Virus record (IMG/VR): IMGVR_UViG_3300045988_105285
Coordinates: 32,001 to 96,000 of that record
DNA from: a virus
Length of the DNA stretch: 64,000 nucleotides
Direction: 5' to 3' (one strand)
The notes below the pieces were generated by a model. It was not told the origin of the DNA and did no database searches. It saw only the letters and a list, made by a program, of their open reading frames with translations. Positions 59,101-64,000 of the stretch are shown piece after piece; position 1 is the first letter of the stretch; each line of letters starts with the position of its first letter. The position numbers were made by a program, and so were the translations under genes.

Positions 59101-62100
59101 GGTGTTGCCATCCTTGGCAAAGCGATATGCCTTGCCCGTCTTGTTGTCGTAGTAAAGGTCGCCAAGATGAGTATCTTTATCCTTGTCGGTCGTCCAACTG
59201 CTGGCAGGGGCATTCTTCAAGGTAGGCACACCCTCATAGAACCACGTCTCGATAGCCCCATCCACCTGATTCTGCAAGTCGGCAATGACCTGCGAGTTCT
59301 TTATGAGATTGTTTACCTGCTCCTCGGTCAAGCCCTTTGCTGAGTTCTCCTTGATATACTGAGACAATTCCTTGCCATCCACGGTGGATTTAGCCGAAAG
59401 CTTACCCTTGATGACTACCTGCTTGGTTGCGCTGTCATATTTAACATAAGAGCTTCCTTCATAGCCATTCTCCTTTGTAGGTCGGTCGCCCACATACATA
59501 TCACCATAGACATTAAAAAACGCCTTGTTGGTCTGCTTATTTACGCCACACTCTACGTATTCCTTGTTTGCAAAGGAGTAGCTATTGATGCCGTGGTAGA
59601 GGCTGACGGATGGCGAATAGGTATCTACCGCAGAGAAGATAAGGCAGTTCTGGCGTTCTACATCGGTTCTATTACCGCACTGATTGAGCACATCACCTTT
59701 AGCAGGTACATCGCTTGCCGTAGCGCAATCGGTATCCGAGAGATCGATGTAATGATACTTCTTTCCTTCCAACTCTACAGGGTCTTCATTGCGACCGATT
59801 ACCAATCGCCAATAGAAGTGATTGCCAACTTTGTGGTAAGTTCCCTTGCGTACATTGAATGATTCCGAGCGCACTTGGTCGTTAACGGAGAAATCATTAT
59901 CTACGGCATCACCTTCCTGCTCTGCTAAGAAATAGCAACGATAAGCCTTCTGTGACACATTATTATATGTCACAGTAACATCTTCTACCTTATGAGCCAC
60001 CACGCCTCCAGCAGGAGAAATAATCTCCTTACCGCCAATGGTGGATGTTTTCTTGACAACCAGCTCTTCGAAGATAGCCTTCATTCTCACCTCCAGGTAA
60101 TCGGTGATGAGATGCGAGCGACCTTCTGTATCGGGAGTCCACGAGCCTCCGTTCTCGAAATTGGAGTTACCGACAAGCAAACCACTTAAAAGCTTCTGCA
60201 CCTTCTCCCAGGTGATAGTACCCTTGGCGGTGTCGTCCTTTGTCTTGTTTAATCTTTGTTCATCAACAGCTTTTGCTGAAAATACATTATAATCCGTAGG
60301 AGTTATGCTATCATAACTCTTAATGATGTAAATCGACCTTCCGCTTCCGCCATTACCATTAAGATAACTCTGTCCATTATAGATAAGTTCTTCTATCTTT
60401 GACTCCATTGCATTGAGGCGGGAATACGAAGGCTTTTCTCCAACATAATACTTCGCACCATCAAAAGGAATATCAAGGCTGAATTCATATCCAATAACTC
60501 TTGAAGACCTATATCCATCGCCATAACCTTTATTATAAAGATTAACCCTGTCACCTACCCCATGCAAGTTTCCTCTACCATGATTATAGGAATAGTTATC
60601 CTCGGCAGTACATGTATATGTTGTAGGATCTATCACGGACTTCTTCAAATTCTTGATAGCGTCCGCCAGCAGTTCATTAGAAGCAGAAGGAACCAAAGCA
60701 TCGCCCAATTTGGTAGAATTCCAATTATAGAGAACAAAAGTATCTCCGTCCTTTGGATGCAAAGTTGTGTCCGGCAAAAAACGACCATAATCCTCATTAG
60801 CAACAATCTCAAATACCTGCGACTTAGGATTTATCTGTTCTTTTCCATCCTTAAATATAGGATTTCCATCATCATCTAAAAGTATTTCAGGAACTCCATC
60901 TGGATTAAACTCACATTCGAAGTCCATACCATTAAGAGAACCGCTTTGGAATACTATATGTAAGTTCTTGCCACTAAGGATATACGCCTTTCGGAAAGCC
61001 ATATCACCTGTTTTTTCGCCATCTTCATTGACAATAGTAAGCGAATTTACACGATAGAAAGTCCGTTTGATGTAATCTCCTTCTTCTGGTGTACTTTCAT
61101 CTTCTACATCTTTTTCATATGATGTTACCTTAGAAGTCTTGATAAGATTTCTTGGATAAATATCATCATTTGTAGTTACTCCCTCAACATATTGGTCTTC
61201 ACGGAGTCCACCTACTTGTATATATCCATTTTTCAGTTCAAAGCCATTCTCTGCCAGCATTTGCTTGTTTTGTTCAGAACATTCTGCTGACGTTGGAAGC
61301 ATAAGGCGTTTTTCGACAACACCATCCTTTGTTATATCTGCATCGGAATCATTCTTGTATCCGCTAGGCAAGTTCCTTGCTGCTCCAAAGGCATATACCC
61401 TGTTTGCATAAGTGGATTGGCTTTGTGAGCTTGACATAGAAACGATATTGTCGTTAAGTCTGAAATCAGTAATAGCATTCGTATTCTCACAAGTTCCAAA
61501 ATGCAGTATATTTCCCTCAAACCACCATTCACAACCAAACGTCTGGGCTATATTCGCAATAGCATCCAATATGCTAGAATTGGAATAGGTTATAAGCTTT
61601 GCAGCATTCGCATCTACACTCGCATCTATAACATAAGTATAATCCGTTCCTTCTCCTTCAAAATTAGGGTCATAAAGGTAAGACTTATCTAACTTCGCAT
61701 AATAAGCTAGATTTTTCATTATCACTTCTATATGAGTACTAATTTTTGAAGTAAGAGAGAATGTCGCTTCTTGTGAACCTGTATTCGGGCGATACTTCAG
61801 GATCTTATTCTTTAACTTACGATAATAGGCATCGAATTGGATTTCATAGGAATATCCGATAGTATCATTATCTTTGGCCTTAGTTAAATCTATAAGCTCA
61901 AATCGCCCATATGGTGTTTCGATAAAATCACCAAGCAAGAAATATGTCGGTCTAGAAAGTTTAAACGAAAGCTTACAATAGTGAGACTGCATCAATTCAT
62001 AATGAACTAATGCTTCTTGTGTAACAGGAACAGTACATCTTACTTGTACGTTTCCGCTATTATCGTAGTACTTTATGTCGATTTCCTTGAAAGTTTTCAT
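53155..62100 (-). CDS. giant tail-associated protein / tail fibre (2981 aa) with a C-terminal S74 intramolecular chaperone domain
   Basis: It follows the Dit-like gene. It carries repeated modules, and the C-terminus SSSDIRLKQDL...IGWIAQHV...INYWSPKLIATAFGAIEQV fits the peptidase S74 auto-cleaving chaperone. Confidence 0.85.
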   Translation of the reverse strand: MKTFKEIDIKYYDNSGNVQVRCTVPVTQEALVHYELMQSHYCKLSFKLSRPTYFLLGDFIETPYGRFELIDLTKAKDNDTIGYSYEIQFDAYYRKLKNKILKYRPNTGSQEATFSLTSKISTHIEVIMKNLAYYAKLDKSYLYDPNFEGEGTDYTYVIDASVDANAAKLITYSNSSILDAIANIAQTFGCEWWFEGNILHFGTCENTNAITDFRLNDNIVSMSSSQSQSTYANRVYAFGAARNLPSGYKNDSDADITKDGVVEKRLMLPTSAECSEQNKQMLAENGFELKNGYIQVGGLREDQYVEGVTTNDDIYPRNLIKTSKVTSYEKDVEDESTPEEGDYIKRTFYRVNSLTIVNEDGEKTGDMAFRKAYILSGKNLHIVFQSGSLNGMDFECEFNPDGVPEILLDDDGNPIFKDGKEQINPKSQVFEIVANEDYGRFLPDTTLHPKDGDTFVLYNWNSTKLGDALVPSASNELLADAIKNLKKSVIDPTTYTCTAEDNYSYNHGRGNLHGVGDRVNLYNKGYGDGYRSSRVIGYEFSLDIPFDGAKYYVGEKPSYSRLNAMESKIEELIYNGQSYLNGNGGSGRSIYIIKSYDSITPTDYNVFSAKAVDEQRLNKTKDDTAKGTITWEKVQKLLSGLLVGNSNFENGGSWTPDTEGRSHLITDYLEVRMKAIFEELVVKKTSTIGGKEIISPAGGVVAHKVEDVTVTYNNVSQKAYRCYFLAEQEGDAVDNDFSVNDQVRSESFNVRKGTYHKVGNHFYWRLVIGRNEDPVELEGKKYHYIDLSDTDCATASDVPAKGDVLNQCGNRTDVERQNCLIFSAVDTYSPSVSLYHGINSYSFANKEYVECGVNKQTNKAFFNVYGDMYVGDRPTKENGYEGSSYVKYDSATKQVVIKGKLSAKSTVDGKELSQYIKENSAKGLTEEQVNNLIKNSQVIADLQNQVDGAIETWFYEGVPTLKNAPASSWTTDKDKDTHLGDLYYDNKTGKAYRFAKDGNTYKWTIITDTDIAKALSDASKAQETANGKMKVFSTQPIPPYQVGDIWVNATYPTDGSTYKNEVLRCQTAKGAGSQFAIGDWIKASKYTDDTVANAAKAAAEKAQKAAEKAQGDISKLGTTVTTNKKAFDSYVTDGYLEPSEIAAMAQDSKRLEDDFAAAQKSYNEVKDAEVLKGTKELTDLNTAFATLTTSKTELIKYLSDISKRYNAADTEGKATIVSAVGTKFTNFQNAYSAFYDKLGLANAYITSEIYSNLGVVIGDVTSLAYLKKALMDAPDTEINGGLVLTSLIGLRDTDGNTTAGINGITEKSAKGGGIAAWFGGEMVDKDYNDGSKTPANTIFRFDGSGYVAGGAIWWGTDGRVHADPTSFIISEKNLGAYLTFFEPTWKAGSAGTSVADLVSLKPNAPFSKLGVSGDATFEGTITFHGIKLTYDATNKAIKVDGNLYATGGITAYGASSVSGGGGLNASVISYARIIEGSYTDADLTSIPNAYAIKALSSRIDNIATELGDLNLSWNNITGKPSTFAPSAHTHKWTEITDRITKVSQLTNDAGYLTAHQSLASYYTKAEIDAKGYTTNKGTVTSVALTLPTGLACATKTITTSGTFAISLASGYSIPTTAKQTAWDGAVSAKHTHSNKSVLDGISSTKVSHWDSAYGWYALMTTDEETADGIINKWNEVVSFLANIAQTDTLSGIVDGINKSISDEVTRAKKAEGVNASGISTNKTNITTLQGYFTSGSAKKALQLTNARKLWGNSFNGTADINGSIIVPSGKYISIGNIKLEYDAANKALKITNTTTEEVANLYTSGGVSAYGVGTSSSSGGGLNGSVKAYADAIRLTTENLSEIASAYSVAKLYSEIQNVASAVPSISVSVPTGGNALTGATYDASTGVITFAKGTFLTAHQSLDGYVNAIAVSGSGNAVTAVTKSGKTITFTKGATYLTSHQSLSNYYTKSSVDSLLNGKSATTHTHSVKINGITKTIAASGGDAVDLGTYLTTHQSLAAYATQNWVKNEATAHNADMVDNYHASGLFTGFSISDVANKVTISIGGTSKALNLVRAFPSGVGNNFNDIATHGNSMGMSNIAAPYASSTANYQTLNGYVNPNGQTGWHHYINLSYTDSNNTATSPDMWQTQFAIKAGTTEVYVRSRAGGKISNDAAWAAPWVRLARVTDNVASASKVANALSWSGYSSGSYNGSAAKSISIPNNTNQLTNGAGFITASASISGNAGSATKLQNSRTINGTSFNGTANIVTSYWGTTRKLWGNSVNGNADVNGSITIANTDGVYVQIGDVRLVYDKANTAIKVVKSDGTTAANFYATGGITAYGEGSGSSGGGGLNGSVKSYADALKLASESLSEIASAYSIKALDSRIVSLEGGSAMDVSVSGSGNAVTAISKNGTTISVTKGITFLTSHQSLDGYVNEVAISGTGNAITSVSKSGKKLTFTKGATFLTSHQSLSAYLKSADAANTYLKLRGGTMTGVLVLDTPTGGMTEPNTMRLFLNTSKYDGLTSTPGIGFHILNVCWGSLRMESDTSLTWFDYKNEGYLPIKAKGFIIGGVSSDDYVLLGGGGHKAISSLSVNYASSAGSANSVAWGNVSERPTKLSQFANDKNFVTGSVSGNTITINGTSTTWQNTWRGITDTFTDLNSTISLSQKGANSLYNALVNGYANNAGNADTCDGLHVHSGRNNEANKIVRTDQNGYIFCGYINCSSGNEGNNSSPARVWGTNGSDDYLRSYMTSALVVNQALRVTSVLCRGDSEKVNKGLWSTIKTNDSSWLGKMNVYEVYYDGGPTTYGHVIEILTNYHNHWQPQLWLAGGSGALYYRNKEYNATYFNNWKQVAMMDYENNGNFLATGGITAYSSSDIRLKQDLRKLDYFGIIKAMGGTFGFAWKKDNTRSIGWIAQHVLCNPHLKDIVETDEKGYYKINYWSPKLIATAFGAIEQVGDEVSRLKARVVFLESEVQRLSGKQDGNNKKRLDNKNINLLN
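54990..57800 (-). repeat. three copies of a roughly 500-aa-spaced module inside the fibre gene
   Basis: N(L/F)Y(A/T)(T/S)GG(I/V)(T/S)AYG...GGGLN(A/G)SV..YA is encoded near 55090-55180, 56630-56710 and 57710-57790. A fourth, partial copy lies at 53536-53572. (F/Y)LT(S/A/T)HQSL recurs at least 6 times. Confidence 0.7.
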
Positions 62101-62102
62101 AA

Positions 62103-62582
62103 TTATTCTATATCCTCAAATTCTTTTAAAGTGAATTTTTCTCTATCCGAATCCGTCAGTTCTCCTCTATTTGTAGGATTGTACTCCACTAACTTCAAAC
62201 TCTTCTTGCCTATAGAACCTCCTTTTCCCCTAGAATAGCTAGATGATTTTCTTGCACAATACAAACGATAAACATCATCTTTTGATTTCGGAACCTGTAT
62301 AGTAACAAAGCCATTATCCATAAGCGCATCAAAGGCTTTTACCCTTTTATTGTAGTCAGTATGGTCTCTGCCAATAATGACAAACTCTAATGTAATGCTT
62401 CTTTCTGCCTTTTTTGGACGAATAGGAACAACCCTAGTTCCATGCTCAGTTCTTACCTCGTTGGCAATATAACTCTTATTGTCTGCATCAGCCTCTAATG
62501 CATCTAAGAATCCACTACCCATCTTTACACGATAGTTAGTCCAAGCATCCTTTCCGTTTATGATAAGTTCATTCGAATTCAT
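62103..62582 (-). CDS. distal tail protein (Dit)-like tail component (159 aa)
   Basis: LIINGKDAWTNYRVKMGSG...RSITLEFVIIG resembles the Dit N-terminal pattern, and it directly precedes the Tal/fibre gene. It is shorter than typical Dit proteins. Confidence 0.4.
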   Translation of the reverse strand: MNSNELIINGKDAWTNYRVKMGSGFLDALEADADNKSYIANEVRTEHGTRVVPIRPKKAERSITLEFVIIGRDHTDYNKRVKAFDALMDNGFVTIQVPKSKDDVYRLYCARKSSSYSRGKGGSIGKKSLKLVEYNPTNRGELTDSDREKFTLKEFEDIE

Positions 62583-62657
62583 GTCAGCAAAGTTAAAAAC
62601 AAAATGAGGAATAATATTATATTTTTACCACAATGCTTTCACTTAAAATTTAAGTGC

Positions 62658-62691
62658 AAAAAGGGCGCAAATCCGAGCAGGAAATGCGCCC
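62658..62691 (-). terminator. intrinsic terminator after the portal-like gene
   Basis: Minus RNA GGGCGCA-loop-TGCGCCC followed by TTTTTG. Confidence 0.65.
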
Positions 62692-62715
62692 CCAAAAAAC
62701 AATAAGCATTTGATG

Positions 62716-64000
62716 TTATGAAGTTGAATTTTCGTCTCCCTTTACCTTTGCAGCTAACGCAACTTTTTCTTCGGAATCCTTGCGTATCTTTTCTATCTCT
62801 TCAGCAGGAGCGTCCGTGAGTGCAAGCATTTGAACAGCAGTCTCTAACGAGAGTACGCCTTGATTATATAGTTCCGCAATAACTTTCCACTTATCCTTTT
62901 TGTCATCCTCAAACGGCTCTGAAAATTCGAATTCAACCTCAAGCTTATCCAATTTGCTTCTCATCTCGGGATATAGTTCCTTCATAACGGCAATAATCAC
63001 ATGCGACAATCTACCGACAAGCTCTTCGTAAATTTCCATTCGGTTCGCCCTCTTGATATAGCCCAATACCAACGCTCGCTTTATACCTACACTGGTAAGC
63101 GTGCTCATGGCTTTCATTAATTCCGGTGACATATCCGGTGTAAATGTATCAAACAATATAGATTGAGCCAAGTCCTCTTTCTCCGCCTTGCGGATTTCCG
63201 AGTTCTGAGGAGGATTGATGTATTCAAACCTAGAATTCTTGCCTGTCAGTTGTATCAGCTTCCCTGGCTTATTCCGCTTAGGAATAGAATGTATCACGTC
63301 AGCAGTAGCCGCTGCAATAGGGTCGGCAAAGTAGTTGTTGGTATCTCCAATCTTGGAATCTAGCATCTCTTCACGTTCCATTCTCGGTTCTGCTCCTTCC
63401 CATGACTTCGGCTGATGAAAATAAACGCCATTAATCTTTCCGGTTGGATTAGGATACTTATACACTTTCCATCCAAATCCACCACGCTCACAATGATAGT
63501 TGAAGATTGATGTAAGTATATCCCAACATTCAACTGTCCTTGCTTCTCGTTTTAGAGAATAACCAATCGCAAAAGCAAGCATATTTCCATACTGGTCAAA
63601 CAACTCTCGCATCTTATGTCCCTTTGAACGAGCTGCAACATATACGTCAACGTGCATGTTTCCGTCTTTTTGCGAGAAATTAAAGACAAGTCCGCTTTCG
63701 GTTTCCGCTCCGGCAAGTCGCTTGCATTGGCGAAGCTTGGTATTGAAGTATATATTCTTCAAGTATTTTTTGTATAGCTCAAAGGCTTCATCGTCACCTT
63801 CTACTTTCTTCCACATTATCGGATTACCTAACAAGAAGAACAACTCTACCTCATTGATGTATCTCTGCCTTGTCCTTGCCAACTTCTCCGTCCTATATGG
63901 TTTTTCTCCCTTTACCCATTTATCCTCACGGCTCATCACCTTGTGAGTTTGCGGATTATATTCCGAAATGGCATTATCCACATCGAAATCATGTTGTTCC
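62716..64000 (-). CDS. portal-like protein (SPP1 Gp6-type), 5' end beyond the window
   Basis: The frame stays open upstream of the ORF-track GTG at 63981, through to position 64000. The C-terminal region ELYNQGVLSLETAVQMLALTDAPAEEIEKI is typical of portal C-termini. Assignment is by motif memory only. Confidence 0.5.
   Translation of the reverse strand, partial: EQHDFDVDNAISEYNPQTHKVMSREDKWVKGEKPYRTEKLARTRQRYINEVELFFLLGNPIMWKKVEGDDEAFELYKKYLKNIYFNTKLRQCKRLAGAETESGLVFNFSQKDGNMHVDVYVAARSKGHKMRELFDQYGNMLAFAIGYSLKREARTVECWDILTSIFNYHCERGGFGWKVYKYPNPTGKINGVYFHQPKSWEGAEPRMEREEMLDSKIGDTNNYFADPIAAATADVIHSIPKRNKPGKLIQLTGKNSRFEYINPPQNSEIRKAEKEDLAQSILFDTFTPDMSPELMKAMSTLTSVGIKRALVLGYIKRANRMEIYEELVGRLSHVIIAVMKELYPEMRSKLDKLEVEFEFSEPFEDDKKDKWKVIAELYNQGVLSLETAVQMLALTDAPAEEIEKIRKDSEEKVALAAKVKGDENSTS

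Noticed and set aside
55392-61692. Plus- and minus-strand short ORFs inside the 2981-aa fibre gene.
   Set aside because: These are shadow ORFs of the long coding frame. They have repetitive, biased composition and no independent signals.
62588-62595. A TAnnTTTG-like box (TAACTTTG) 6 nt upstream of the Dit-like ATG as its promoter.
   Set aside because: The spacing would place the transcription start at or beyond the start codon. It is probably a chance match, so it is not annotated.
1-64000. Genome-wide alternative genetic code (TGA read as Trp).
   Set aside because: Only two in-frame TGAs were found. TGA terminates several well-supported genes (iscB and 21380..21748). The 2275-aa and 2981-aa ORFs are uninterrupted under the standard code. 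No suppressor tRNA is visible in the window.

Overview
The window reads as one contiguous segment of a tailed dsDNA phage or prophage. It is AT-rich by eye and holds about 100 tightly packed ORFs, mostly on the minus strand, with a plus-strand island at about 40.0-49.3 kb. Many intergenic regions carry the Bacteroidota primary-sigma promoter signature (TTTG ... TAnnTTTG), which suggests a Bacteroides/Prevotella-type host.

Genes I can support from motifs:
- Nucleotide and DNA metabolism: ThyX, two RNase H-family proteins (one a tandem fusion), Dam-like N6-adenine and Dcm-like C5-cytosine methyltransferases, and a stand-alone PNKP-type 3'-phosphatase.
- Regulators: a Rha/KilAC-type antirepressor, three XRE-type HTH regulators, and an excisionase-like HTH.
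- Accessory: a HicA/HicB toxin-antitoxin pair with its own promoter, operators and terminator, an ASCH protein and a YopX protein.
- Lysis: a GH108 endolysin with holin-like and spanin-like genes.
- Structural: a 2275-aa TP901-type tape measure protein, a portal-like gene truncated at the right edge, a Dit-like protein, and a 2981-aa Tal/tail-fibre protein with a C-terminal S74 chaperone domain.

The stand-out element is an IscB RNA-guided nuclease (PLMP, split RuvC, bridge helix and HNH) at 23581-24828. A roughly 310-nt structured non-coding region directly upstream fits an omega-RNA. The pair sits inside a phage operon with no transposase and almost no 3' flank.

Other unexplained signals:
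- A hairpin-plus-AACTG leader motif present in at least 12 canonical copies, plus 2 variants.
- Two 43-nt tRNA-like acceptor/T-arm minihelices.
- Repeat arrays with a roughly 20-nt period flanking one small gene.
- A roughly 420-nt highly structured non-coding block at 29.77-30.19 kb.
- Two genes interrupted by in-frame TGA codons.
- Conserved terminator-like attenuators in two long leaders.
- Unusual placement of the tape measure gene.

No rRNA, canonical tRNA, CRISPR array, integrase, terminase or major capsid gene could be supported.
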